Source: Callorhinchus milii
Lineage: Eukaryota
Assembly (NCBI RefSeq): GCF_018977255.1
Contig: NW_024704749.1
Coordinates: forward strand, 22,816,001-22,880,000
Reading direction: 5' to 3'
DNA: 64,000 bases
Shown: positions 41,501-55,155 of the stretch, piece by piece
Numbering within the stretch: position 1 is the stretch's first letter
Layout of the letters: each line of letters opens with the position of its first letter
Translations under genes and position numbers: made by a program
Notes under the pieces: model-generated
What the model saw: only the letters and a program-made list of their open reading frames with translations
The model's database searches: none
What the model was told of the DNA's origin: nothing

Positions 41501-43140
41501 TACAGCAGCAAGAGCACAGTAATGTTATTGCTCAGGGTTTGACAATGCATCTATACTAGTATTACTCTCACACCATTCAAAGCGAATGAGTTGCCTTATC
41601 AACATGAAAATGGCGAGTCATTCATTCACCTAAAGGTTAAAACCTATTGTTGGCGGAGTGCTCTCTGGATCTGAATGTATTATAAGATGTCATGTACCAA
41701 GACTTTTCTCGATTCACCACCTACAGCTCAACCATTAAGTACATTGAGTGTTGCAAATTAAATTTAAAAGAAAAAAATAGAAATACATTTAGGCAGTATT
41801 AATGCTAGTTTCCATTCAGGAACAAAAGAAGCAAGTGTGCAACAGTCACTGCCCATGAGAGAGCCTTGAAGGGAAACTGATTTGCAGTCGTTTTCTGAAC
41901 ATCCTTGGCCTCCCTCTCTCTCCTTCTCTGCATTAGCCTAAAGGCGGTCTGTAAATTACACTCTCTTTAAATTACAGTAATTTGCCTGGTTCTGTTGAAT
42001 TCCCTCCTTCAGACATATACAAAACCCATTCCAACATTTCCGCAGTTCAAATTCACCTTCATAGATGTCAAGAGCAATCGATGGTCAGTAATTTGAAATA
42101 CTTTTGCACATTAAATGAGGAAAAAGGAACATTTTAATATGCCTGCTTTTCTTTTACTTACTCAGTGCTGCAAAAAAAGCACAGGCTAGATAAGATTGGA
42201 AAAAATAACATATGAAAGAATTTAATCTAGCGCTTACTAGTCATGTTATTTTTTTAAAATCATACCTATTATATCTTTGCAGTGGGCAATATTATTTGTC
42301 TTCACAGGCATTTAAAAACTGCAGAGCACCGAATATAAAACTGAAACCCCTTTGGATCTAAAGATGTTCAGAATTTTACAGAGAAGACCACGTTAAACAT
42401 GTTCATTCTTGACCGTTTCTTACCTTCCTGTACAGTATTAGCACAGAATTGAGGGTCAGATCAGTGAACCCATTGATTGCAGCTTCAATATTCACAGCCG
42501 ATCGTGCATTCCGTACCATGGCAGAAGAAATGCAGCATTTGGTTTCAATAAATAAATTGTTGTTTTGGGGCATTTTCTTTTTAAAAATTAAGGTTGCGGA
42601 CAACTGGAAAGACAGTTTAGCAAAACCACGTTAGAATGATCCCTTTAAATTAAGGGATTGTATTTTTCTATAAATAAGGGAGCCAAAGAGAAGGAATGTT
42701 AGGCCTGAGGTTGTGGTTTATCTGAGTGCTATTGTACTAGAATTACATGAAAGTTGAGCCTTCCATTTCAAAGCTGATTAGACCCAAGTTTCGTCTGCAA
42801 ACAGATCTGAAGTAGGATGAAATGTGCTTTAGAGTTTATACTTATCTAGGTATACAAACTCTGGGCCATTTTGCCAGCATTGCTGTTTGTTGTCACACAA
42901 AATGAAGAGAATTTGTGAGGTGGTTGGTTGAATACTTGACCTGCAAATGCACTGAAGCACACAGCGAGCTGCCCCTAACACAAATGTGGCTTGTACGGCT
43001 TCAGAGCTAAGACTTGTCAGACCTGCTTCTGCTAGAAGTGTCATTAGCTCTTGTCCCACCCAAGCTCTCCAACAGAAATGCCATCACTGCTGAGTACTGT
43101 TCATCCTGGTAATGCTGTCAGTAATGGCACACTCGCTCAG

Positions 43141-43336
43141 NNNNNNNNNNNNNNNNNNNNNNNNNNNNNNNNNNNNNNNNNNNNNNNNNNNNNNNNNNNN
43201 NNNNNNNNNNNNNNNNNNNNNNNNNNNNNNNNNNNNNNNNNNNNNNNNNNNNNNNNNNNNNNNNNNNNNNNNNNNNNNNNNNNNNNNNNNNNNNNNNNNN
43301 NNNNNNNNNNNNNNNNNNNNNNNNNNNNNNNNNNNN
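43141..43336. other. Assembly gap (196 N)
   Basis: Run of N in the sequence. Confidence 1.
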
Positions 43337-44346
43337 CTATCACTCAGCCCTGGAGCGAATCTGTGCACTCTGTTACAGAACTGCTAGATGTCCCTCAAAT
43401 CAGCCATCTTTTCAGGTAAATGATATGTTCAACATTAGATCACTTTTTCATATTCTAAATTTTTCATATTCTAAAATGACATATATTTCACTCTGGCGGT
43501 AGATAGAAAACTAAAAAAAAACGAGGAGAGTGCCGCAAGGGGAGTTTTACTGGTAACAAAAACAAACTGGTGCCATTTACAAAAGACCCGTGAAGTTGTA
43601 TCAACACAATGTATTACTTTTGAAATGTTGCCCCGGGAATTTTTTCTTTAAAACGAAGCAAAAATGTTTCTTTAATTATTACGATCCTGCCTTCTGCAGC
43701 AGACTGATGCGCAAAATGTTTTAATTTAGATACATAACATTGTGTCTCTGATTAAAACATTTATGTTAATAGCCCTTCTGTTGGGTATTTAACATACCAG
43801 TCTGCAACATTATCTACAGCGCCTTTATTACTGTACTTCTGTACAGAATGCTTTGATTCTAAAAGAATGCTACACCAAACAAAGAAAGCTCAGAGAAGGA
43901 AGGCACAGCCTAAATAAATGGGTAAGACCTGACCAAAGCTAAGCAAACCGTTTTCTGCAAATTATGTGTTCACCAGGATTCAACTGCAGAGCACTATTGC
44001 AATTCTTTCAATAAACGCTGCATAAATGTCGCTCATTTATTTACCACCCGACCTTCACCCGGCGTTTCAAAGAAATGTCTGTCACAGAACACAATAAAAC
44101 AAACCACAATGCACTGAACCACAACAGAGAGTTCATCTCTTCCACTTTAGAAGGTCGAATCCAGGTCTATTTCTCTCCCGATTTTTCTGATGGTGGAAAT
44201 TATGAAGAGTGAAAGCAATTGAGAAAACACCCATTTGGATTTTCATGTAAGGCTACTTCCCCTATCTCTTCTCATTCACTGAGACAAAAGCCCTTATTCC
44301 GAACACTTAAGCCCCAATAGATTAGAAATTCTAGTTATAGGGAATT

Positions 44347-44662
44347 TCCTGTAGGGTATTAGTTAAAGCACTCAACTTGCAAGCGAAAAACGTTAGCCAA
44401 GTTTCCTTACTCTGCACATGCCTGTTTATCTAGCAGTAATTAGGTACCCGGTTGTTAGTAGATTAGCGGATGGCTTTTCCGGGGATAATAATCCCGTCAA
44501 CAAAAAAATAATAATTTGTGGAACACTTCTGTACGCAATTGGCTGCCACGTTTCACCCACAAAATATACAGCCAATTACAGTATATTCTGTGAAGCGCAT
44601 TGAGAAATCTTGAAGATGTGATAAGGTGCTATATCAAATGTAAGGATTATTAATATTATTAT
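44347..44662 (+). mobile_element. tRNA-SINE, long subfamily, diverged
   Basis: tcctgtag..gttaaagcactc..ttgcaagcga head remnant, body and tail. Confidence 0.85.
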
Positions 44663-44749
44663 TAGCAAATGGTCTTTTTCTTGCATTATTAAACATTATG
44701 TAAAAATGCTCCTAAAGAGGGTTAACTTGAAAACCATCAGTTCCCCCCG

Positions 44750-45482
44750 TACTTCAGTTGGTAAATGTACCACATGGTTTGAGTTCATTGTCTAGGCTGG
44801 CACTCATGAAAGAGGACTTTCACCCAGTGCTCTGGCCAACAAACCTCCACATTATTTGTTGATTTGCTTCCTGGCTGTTTGTTGGAGCTCCTGGTACAAA
44901 ATGATTGCCACATTTGCCTGCAAAAATGGTCTCTGGTCCTGGCTATAATTACTTGTTAAACACTGTAAGACAGTTCAACGTGATTAGGTGCTATCTGACT
45001 CCACTGGCTCCCCATCCCTCAGAGCATCGAATTCAAGAGCCTCATCCTCACTTTCAAGGCCATCCGTGGCCTTTTCCCCTCCTCCCTCTCTGACCTGTTG
45101 ACTCCCTACCAACCTGCCCGCTCCCTGCGTTCAGCAGGCTCCGGCCTGCTCCATGTCTCCCGCCTGACCCACCCTACCATCGGTGGCCGAGTTTTCAGCC
45201 TCTCTGCCCCCACATTCTGGAACTCCATCCCACAGTCCCTTCGCCTCGCTTCCTCCCTTGGCTCCTTCAAGGCCGGTTTCAAGACTCTCCTCTTCGATCG
45301 TGTCTTCAGTCGCCCTCCCACTCTCTGCCTTCCGTCACCCCTACCCCACCCCTCCCCCATGCTCGGGTCCTGACCCCTGACTGTCCAGCGCCTTGGGACG
45401 TCCTCCTGACGTGAAAGGGACTCTATAAATGTAATTTTGTTGTTGTTGTTGTTGCTATGAAAATGTGCCTTCTTTCTTTACA
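44750..45482 (+). mobile_element. Old Deu-domain SINE whose tail is interrupted by an L2 3' fragment (44995-45452)
   Basis: cccagtgctctggccaaca...gctgtttgttggagctc...aaatgattgccacatttgcct is Deu-like. The L2 piece matches ~16898-17343 and is flanked by tgctat at 44989-44994 and 45453-45458. Confidence 0.75.
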
Positions 45483-45676
45483 GATGAGGAAGATCACGGG
45501 TATCGTCTCAGTTTTGTTTTGAAATTGTTGATCTCCACATTGGCCAGTGTAGTATCTGTTGATGGAATCCATGAATGTAGAGAAGTGAGGACAGAATGGG
45601 GAACAGCTGGAATATAACCCTCAAAAGGTAAAATAGTCTGCCGCTAACCACCATTTTCTGCAGCAATAATGACCAT

Positions 45677-45770
45677 TAGGAACGTAGAAAAACAGGAAGA
45701 GGAGGAGGCCATTCAGCCCATCAAGCCTATTCCACCAGCGTATTTGATCTTAGCAGATCTATTGGATCTT
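45677..45770 (-). mobile_element. CR1 3' terminus
   Basis: taggaacgtagaa...ggaggaggccattcagcccatcaagcctattccacca. Confidence 0.6.
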
Positions 45771-48700
45771 GTACTTCTATTATGTATGTATCTGTCTAAC
45801 TCTCTTATATATTTGTCTCTCTTTTAAAATCTAGGATAAGCTACGAGAATGAAGGCAGCAACCATGAAAATCTACCCCAGTACGAATGACACCCTTCAGG
45901 ATAAGAGGAAATTATGAGAACGAAAACATAAAAAAACATTAAAAATAAACTGAAACAGGTGTGTGTTTATCTGAAGGACTATTTGGGAAGTTGCACGATT
46001 TGGCTGGTGGGCATTCAGTAAGGATCGACTGTTCTCTCACAGATAAATCCAATTTCTCTAGTTAAATCAGCCTCTTTCACTTATAATTACAAAAGAACCT
46101 TCTTAATTAGAGCACCCTGTGGTGAGCAGAGTTCCTTTTATCCAAACATTCCCATTAACTAAGCGCTGTAGAATGGATGGAGGATGACTCAATGCCTGAG
46201 CAAATTACCCCTTTAAACGATTGTCCCCATTATCCCATTATTCAATGCACTTATCATCTCTTTCCTTTTTGGGAAAAGACAACTATAGGTTTCTCCCTGG
46301 GACTCCATAATACTGCAGATCTTCACCACTGCTAAACTAGTTAGTCAAATGTTTGTGTAAGTTGATATCCCTGTGCAGATTTTTACGGAACGTAAGTTTC
46401 TACACCAATGTCTACTGCGTTATCTGTGCAAAGGTGACATACTGGACCGGGTACTTGTTGACTACTGATTCCTGCACTACTTGCATTTTCTCCCAGTTGG
46501 TTAACTACAGAGAGTCATGAATGGTGGCTTTGCAATTACCATCTTTCCTTCCCAACTGAGTGAAGGAGGCATATATAGATGGGGAGACGGAGGCTGCTTT
46601 TACATTTTGATTTGGAAACAAACACCCATCATCGTGAAACTTTTTAGCCATAAACCAAGAAGCAAACAGCACCAATTCCCTCATTCAAATATTTAAAAAA
46701 TGTAAATGTGATTACCTACATCACACTGTATGTATCGTGTACAGAAATATTACTGAAGGCTAAAATCTTCCACGGTCTCAATTTCAGTAAGTGGCTATTA
46801 GTTAAGCAGCCATGAAGCCTTCTAGTCACATACTGTAGACAGGCAAGTAGTGACACCTAAAGCTGCTAACGCCTACCATCCCAGTTCACAGATGCATCAC
46901 CATCAATGTCTTCTAATTGATACTTTCCTATTTATCGTCACCTTGCCACTCAGCCAGCTGCCGAGCACTGCCATGTCACTTTCCATTTATGGACTCCGAA
47001 CTCCCTTGATCTGGGTAATTAGAGTTTATGTGTTAATTGGTGTAAATACAGAGATGGGGCTTCCAGGCATAAATTTCAAAGCGGAACCATAAATTGTGTG
47101 GCTGACGAGCGAGGAAAATGCTTAAACCGGAACAAGTGTCACGTCCATTTCCATCATAGGAAAGGTGCTGATTTGTTTGATGACAAAATTAGCTTGTTTA
47201 TGTTTAGTTAGGACTTAATGAACCCAACAAGCATCAAGTATATAGGATGCATTATATCACTTTAAAATTCAAAATTATTTACTGGTGCAAAAAATATAAC
47301 TTGAGCTTCCTTTCTCAGACTAAAGTGAATCGATACAAGCAGCACCCCTAGGTATACACCTTTTATAGCAGTTGTAATTACAATGAAACCTAAAAACAAC
47401 AGTCAACATAAATTCAAAGTGCATTTGAAGCTCAAGAAAGTATTCTTTCATCTTTCATGTATCATATTTCATTCACTTGATAAAGGGTTTAGAAGTTTTT
47501 TTTGCAATGGCAGATTGGTATTATTGTGGAAATACATGAACATTTTAAAACAAGGGCTGATTTAAACTATAGTATTAAACCCCTAAGGAGAAGCACCAAA
47601 GCCGCTCTCTTCAAATTAACAGATGTCTACCAAACAGTTTGAAACAAAGAAATGCAGATGCGAACATAATCAGCATCCAAATGAGCTTCTTGAAAGACCC
47701 TTTAAGGCACATCTGAGTGCAAGTACTGCCGGTAGTCTACCTTTCAACTTGCAAATGACAGTGTCACTGAAAGCCATTCTTCCATCAATAACACTGGGTC
47801 ATGAATATACAAAAGCCAGCAGCAAGGCTGCCTACCTCCCGCAGTTAAACTTGGCCTAATTATCCAGGCCTTTTTTCCTTCATTTTGTCTAAAGGGTAAA
47901 ACTCTCATTCAGCTGCTGACCAGCCTGTGGCATAATTAAGCTAGGTCATGCATACTGACCCTCATGTGGACAACTAATATAGTTAAATGTGGACACCAAA
48001 TGTCATTTTTTTTATTCATCAATAGAGTCCCCTCCTTTTTAAAATACCAATCTGCTGCCATTTTCAACATTCCCCCTCTTCAAGCTGTCATCTCGCAGTG
48101 GTTGCTGCCAGCAGAGTGAATTAGCGTTCTAACTGATGTGCTGCTATTCTCAGATGATTTACTGTGGTAGGATAACTAATGGCCTCCCTACTGGAAATGG
48201 AACCAATAATCAATGTCTCATCAATGTAAGAGTACCAATTAGATCCTCTGTTACACAGCCACAATACCAGAACATTCCAGCCAAGGTCAGCAACTGTTTC
48301 AAGTGCATAAACTGGTTAAAGAAATAACATATCAATCATCAAGCCAATTTCATTACGCATGCTAAGACAGGGGAAATAAGAGACTGCATACATAGCCAGA
48401 GAGAAAAAATTGTTCTTTAAACAACATAAGACAATACTATATATAAAGCAACATTCTGTCCATAGTAATTTATAGTCACTCATGATAAATACTATTTGTA
48501 CATGACAGACGCATGAAATAATAAACCTTGCTGCTATAAACATTACCAAATACTGACACTATTGATTTATTAAGTCCAACAGTGACATCAAACAGAATAA
48601 CTGACACAAACAATGTCGTTGCTTTAAGTGCTGTTTGTCAACGATTAATTCTGCCAAACAGGTTTAGTTATGCTGTGACTGCTGTCTAACCCTTGTCAAT

Positions 48701-50684
48701 CCAAGCAAGAATTACTAGCACCACACGCGTGGAATCTCATGCTCAAAGCTGTGCCGTTAGCCCTCATTACCCCAGTCACTGTAACAGAGAAGCAAGGCCA
48801 GCGCCTATTTAATATGCATGTTAATTATGTAAATTATTAATTGGGCTGGTGCTTTAGGACTTGTATTTTATGCCTGGATTAAAGTAAATAATTGTATCAA
48901 GCACCATTTTAATCCTGACCTGTGAATGACATAAACTGGTCTGAAAATGACATTTATAGGATGTGGCTTTACACACAGTAGCTAGAGTGGGCTGCACAAG
49001 CACAGCAGCTCACTGAATACCTGCACAAAAGGCAACCAAAATCGGTGGAACCGCATTTACATCTGCAAACCTTTATATAGCTTTTATTTATTCACCAGAA
49101 AAATAATTTCTTAGTTAATTATCTTGCCTTCAGCGTTCTTTGAGACAAAAATCATGATTTGTGCATTTTTTGAAGACTGATGAGCATATTCTGAATTTTA
49201 TTGCAAGATCAATTGATCTAACGCTTACATACTTGGGGAGGAAGAGGATGGTCAGTATTAGTAACATTGATAAAATTACTTTTTTATTTTAAAACTGTCA
49301 CAGTTTAAAGTTGACATTTTTACAGTCGAGGCTTGAAGCAGGAAATTGGAATATTTCATTTATATTATTTTATAAAATAATTCAAAATAACGCAATTTAC
49401 CCAACAGAATGGAGGGGAGGGAGAGGAGGGGAAAACAAGATAGAAAAAGGAGGGCAACCGTGGGGTGGGGTAAGAAGAAAACAGAGTTTGCATGTTTGGC
49501 ATAACTAAAGAAAAGTAAATTGCTTCCTTTGTGAGAAAGTTCTCGCCTTCCCATGGACAAATCAAACAAAAGGTCAGTCAGCAGTGAACAGATAAAATCA
49601 CAGGCCTGTTGTGATGTTAGAGAGTAAATTCAGAGGTAGTAAAATGAAGCCAAAATGCCTGACTGTAGGGGGTTCTCGCCTGTAAAGGAGCAATCGCCAA
49701 CTCAAACACTGGCGTCTAAAGCAGCTGCACACTGTGACAAATGCATCTGAATGAGGGTAATCCTTGATATTTAAAATAAAGCACATTTATTACATTACTT
49801 TTTTTTAAATCTCAAAAAGTATACATTTTTTGCGGAATTATTAAAAAAAATTAACAAATTAAATCATTTGAGATAAATTGAAATTATAGATTGAATGAAT
49901 TTATCATGGAACCAACACACAATAGCGTTATTGTGCACATATTGATTGGGTTGTTCAGATTCTGTTCTACAGGCAATTGCTGACAACATTGCGACAAAAT
50001 ACCGAACACTGAAGTGTATTTCTGATCTTCATTGCATCAGTGGGCAGGTAACATATGTATTGGATGGAAAATGTAATCTGAAGGTTTATCCATGACGTCA
50101 ATGCTTCCCTATGCAGAAGGCTAAACTGACATTTAACGGCACCATCTTATGATGGCTTAATGTGTTCCAATATTCAATTAATTGGAACAACAATCAATAC
50201 ACCATTAAATTACAAAATAATCAGTTGGCACAGCTCTAACAAAAGAAAATCAAAATCTTCCCTTGTTATTGTAATTAGAATTCAGGGTTTCAGCCACATT
50301 TTCACTGCTCTGAATCTGAATTAGGCACTCCAAGTTTAACTCGTAAAATGTATAGTCTTATTTTAGCTAAATTTAAAAGCACAAATCCAATCTAATTAAA
50401 AGTAGGAATGAACAGTCCAATCCAGCACAGATATGAGCAAAATTCAGTCCTATTCTGAGTAGATTAACAAACCTGAAAACATAGCAGAACAATAATTGAT
50501 CTTAGAAAAAAATAATCGATATTTAGGACAGCATTAAATTCACACTAGAATGTTTATACTGTTGTCCGTTACAAACACACATGGTAAAAAAGATTAGGCA
50601 CACTGCTTTGTGCTAATCTTTTCAAAGGGTACTGTTAGAATGGTTAGATCACTGTGTTACATGGAACTAGCATATTTGGGGGGA

Positions 50685-50903
50685 AACAACAACAACAACA
50701 AGATTCCATTTATAAAGCGCCTTTCACGTCAGGAGGACGTCCCAAGGCGCTGCACAGTTGGGTCATGACCCGAGCAGGGGGGAAATGGTCAGGGTGAGGG
50801 GAGGGAAGGGAGGGAGTGAGGAGGGGGAAGAGAGTCGAGAGGGGAGCTGAAGGCACGGTCAAAGAGAAAGGTTTTGAGACCGGCCTTGAAGGAGGAAAGG
50901 GAA
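50685..50903 (-). mobile_element. L2 3' fragment
   Basis: (aac)n agattccatttataaagcgcctttcacgtcaggaggacgtcccaaggcgctg...ccggccttgaagga. Confidence 0.85.
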
Positions 50904-51138
50904 GAATCAACTGCTCAATTGATAGCTATGACAAAGCATATTTTGTTTATATGTAAATATTAGCAGAAGAGAAGGGTATAGAATTAAATAACACAGGAAG
51001 CACTGTAATAATTGCATCTCAGTATCACGTTGGGGATCATGTGCAATGTTATGGTCAAAGAAGGAAGAAAACCAGCACAGTCAAAGGGAAAGGACACAGG
51101 ACAAACTAACTGACTGAGGGAAGACTTATATTCCAAAG

Positions 51139-51425
51139 ATAATAATAATACTTGCATTTGATATAGCGCCTTATCATGCCTTCTAGACGTCTCAACGCAC
51201 TTCACAGAATACACTGTAAAATGAATTGACTATATTTTGTGGGCAAAACTTTTATGATAGAAAACTTTTATGGTAAGCAGAAAATTGTGACTGTAAGCAC
51301 ATTGAAAGTTAAATGAAGCTGTAAGTCACTGCAAAATTGGAAACTTAAATAATAATCCTTGCATTTGATATAGCACCTTATTACACCATTGAGATGTCTC
51401 AAAGCGCTTCACAGGACATACTATA
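51139..51425 (-). mobile_element. Two adjacent tRNA-SINE tail fragments (51139-51248 and 51349-51425)
   Basis: Both start aataat(a/c)cttgcatttgatatagc. Confidence 0.8.
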
Positions 51426-53339
51426 AAAAAGCATTCAGACACCCACAAGAAATATTTAAAAGTAACATTATTTTAATGTGTTGATATAAACCAATACATT
51501 AAAGCCATGTCTTTAAAAGCTAAAAATGTCACTTCATATAAGTACACAACAAACATTGGTAGTTAGATGCAACACTTGAAAGTCAAATAGCTGAGTGCCA
51601 TGTGCACATTTTGTATATTTATAGATTTTACTGGATGACGCCCAACATTCCTTTCATAACGATCTTTACCTAACTCTGCAGTGATCTAGACAGTGAAATT
51701 CCAGTATGGTGAGGAGAAGGGATAGAAACATCTCTTAAGTTTGTGCATCACTTTAATCAGTCAGATGATGTTCTACGTTAATCAGGCCACATAACATTTT
51801 GGGACTGTTAAAGTCAGTTTTTAGTATAAACCATATATATCCAATTTGTTTAGTGAAAATCAATTAGTAAAAATCAATCGGTAAAATTTTTTCTCTGAAA
51901 ACCCCACATTCTCTGACTTTTCTTTACAGATTCTGGGATGCACATGCATCTTCGTCCTACCAAATGGCATGCAAACAGCATGCTCACAAATATTTTTGAA
52001 CCTTTCCATGGATTCAGATGTTCTCAGAGTAGTGTATTCAAATACGTACTCAACAGGCTTCACGACGTGTTCTTTGCAGTCAAGTACATCACTTGCACCA
52101 GAATCAATCACATTTGTTGCTAGCAATTTGAGAGTGAAAAGATTGTATTATGAAGTGTTGTGGTATTTTCTAACTAGCTTTAACATAGGCAGATAACCCT
52201 AAACAATAGCAGATTTAACTTCTTTCACCAAATGTACACCACATTTTCGACGTAAAATCAGTTTGTTGACACAAAAAAGACACAAAGAAATACCCACGTG
52301 TTTATTTTGTGGATAAAATACAACTTTAATGGATCCTTAATAACACTGCAAAAAATAGAAGAAACTATGTTCCATAGAATCCAAATAAGGCCTCCGGCTT
52401 GCAGTTAAGTGCTCGTTTCCTGCCTGCTCAAGAACTGTGGTGGGGTAGATAAAGAAGTAGCAGACTTGAACTTCAGCTAAGGTGTCCATTTTACCTTGCT
52501 GTCTTTATAGACCAGAGAATACGATGCACAAGATATGGCCTTCCGCCACCCAAGAGTAATCCACGTGAATCACATTTGCAACTCTTTGGTGTCTGTGGCC
52601 TCTTTACTCAGCCCAGATTTCTATGTTTACACCCTTTCCTCCTCTAATATCTTTATGACTCAGTGCTGTTTTGAATGTTAGAAATGGAACCAGAATAATA
52701 TCTGCATAAATACAAGGGGCAGTTTTCTTAACTGACAATGCAGATTGAAGGACTGCACCACAATAATATTTTTTAAAAATCCCCAAATGTGAGAAAGCAG
52801 ACGATGTTGAACTTACACAAAAGTTCACATTTATTATTGATCAAGAACATAGTCATATGCTCTGATAGACATCTATACATAATATTTCGATGATATTGTG
52901 AAATAGACACTAATATTGGTAACAACTATCTGAAATAAGAAAAAAATGATTAAGTGTGCAACACTTACTAGAATAACTGGTATCAAAGGAGGTTTCAGGT
53001 CAATATGGATTACAAAATGAAATGCTGCAGCTGGCTTTCTTCTGCCCATGCTAAGTTCATCTTTACGCACATCAGTGTCTTAAAATGCAACTTTGTTTTT
53101 TGTCAAAAACCTTCCTCTCAAGCACTATGTAGGAAGTTATTGAAATCATTTCAACAGCACTCAAGTACTGTACCTACTTTTGAAACTGTTCTTTATGTTA
53201 CAACATGACTAATACTCAACATTGAGCATTTGGTACCTTGGAATACTCTCTGTTTCACAACCTCAGTCAAACCCAAAGAGTTGGATTGTGTAAATGGCAT
53301 TTTCATTTGTTTTCTACCTGAACAGACGAGGAAAGGGAG

Positions 53340-53684
53340 AATAATAATATAATAATAATCCTTGCTTTTGATATAGCACTTTTCATGTCTTCTAGACATC
53401 TCAAAGCACTTCAAAGAATATACTATACATTTGTGGACGAAACGCGGCAGTCAATTGCACACAGCAGTGTCCCACAAACAGTCATGGATTGAAGAGCCCA
53501 ATTTTATTATTGTTTTTTTCTTGAGGGATTATTATCAGGCGTGTGGAGTAAGGAAACTTGCCCAGGGTTTCGCCCTGCTGGGAATCAAACCCAGATCTCT
53601 CGCATGCGAGGCGAGTACTCTAACCACCGAGCTACAGGACTTCTCAACTTGCATAAGTTAACTGACTAGCTTCTACTAGTTAAG
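53340..53684 (-). mobile_element. tRNA-SINE, short subfamily, with the same 41 bp 5' extension
   Basis: gagggattattatcaggcgtgtgg junction; the head ends at ~53643; the extension occupies 53644-53684. Confidence 0.9.
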
Positions 53685-54794
53685 GTGCTAATTATCACAA
53701 CTCTAATTCTGATCAATTACACTTTATTTTCCTCTGGTGAGAAACCACGTCCTCCAGTCAGACTTTGTGCGGAAATGATTATTTAACCTAAAATGCTGGG
53801 TGGGATTTTGTGTTTCTCAAAAGCATTGAAAAAAAATCTTTCTGCCTACAGTCTTGACATTACTGCCCCTCTCCTCCCTCCCCTATAAATGAAGATGGAA
53901 TTCTGAATATAAAAATTGCCAATATTCAAATTGAAAAATATTGAGCACAACTCAAACTGTAGTTTGTATTTAATTTTTAAATCTAAAATAATTGACAGTC
54001 AATTGATGTCAATTTACATTAATACTAGACGTCAGTACTGACTGCTACTGTTCCATTGAAATTCAGCAAATGATGAAAGGTTCAGCCGAACAGCAAATGG
54101 AGAAAGGTCAAATTTTGATTAAAACCTGCTTGACCTTCACCTTTGCCAATACCAAAGGCTATTGACAATTTAACCTGAATTCATGCTGTTGAGAATTTCT
54201 TGACAAAATCAAGATCACTTAAATGAAAAATCAGAAGGCGTTTGCTTTTAGTGTTTAATAAAAATGATTATCAAACTCACAACATGTCACTATCAAGTCG
54301 AAGCAATCTTAGATTAAAACCCTTGTGACTAAAAATTTCAAATGATGCGATTTTCACTGCAGTGGTTTGGAGCACATGAAAAGCATTATAGGATTTGGCT
54401 TCATTTCTGAACACTAGTCCCCGTTTTATTTAAATATAAATTAAAGTTAAATAACAATTTATGCTCTTTATTGATTCTTGCAATCTTAAGTTAATTTGAT
54501 ATTTAAACCCTCATTTTCAATAAAATGTGAAATATATTAATTGAGTGCCAGATTACTATAAATCCTTTACAGAGCTGCAGTGTTTGCTGTGCTGTCCTGC
54601 AATACCAGGCTGTATTGATCAGAATGATTTCCCATGATACAAGAGTGAGAATAAGTCACTGCACTAGCACGACTTGATGTCATTAGGCCAAAGTTTCATT
54701 TCTGAAAACGTTCATTATTCTTCCAGCTGATGTATCTCTTTTTCCCCCTCCAGAAAAATATATCTGAGTCCACAATAATTGGAGACTGGTTTGC

Positions 54795-55155
54795 TCCTCT
54801 GATGCCTTTGTGGGTAAATGAACCAAATGATGTGGTAATGAGCCACACAGACCAGAGAGGTCCCAGGTTGATCCCTGATCTGTGTCGAGTTAACTGATGT
54901 CAGTTGGGACAACACTGATGGAAACAATTCTGGCTTATGGGAAGGAGAAGAAGGCAATCAACCAAGATAACCCAGGTCAGGTAGCCATTCAATGAGGAAA
55001 TGGTCATCAATGACTGTGATACCCCCTCCCAAACAGCTTAATTGCATATCCACATACGAACAGGCATTCATTCAAAGTGTTTTCAGAGGAAGTGTGAGGT
55101 TTACTATTGTATATAATGCCATCCTAAAAGTGTGTCACCACTTTTAGGATGGTAT
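54795..55155 (+). mobile_element. LF-SINE-like element, decayed
   Basis: gtgggtaaatg..tgtggtaatgagccacacagaccagagaggtcccaggttgatccctgatctgtgtcgagttaactgatgtcag aligns by eye with 11778-11870 and the recalled LF-SINE 5' part. Confidence 0.7.

Noticed and set aside
43051-43419. ORFs spanning X runs
   Set aside because: Artefacts of the assembly gap.
43441-43476. 16 bp tandem duplication tttttcatattctaaa
   Set aside because: Ordinary slippage, close to a gap; no array structure.
51860-52126. ORF containing VIDSGAS, similar to a retroviral aspartic protease motif
   Set aside because: No gag, RT, integrase or LTR context; a short motif is likely chance.
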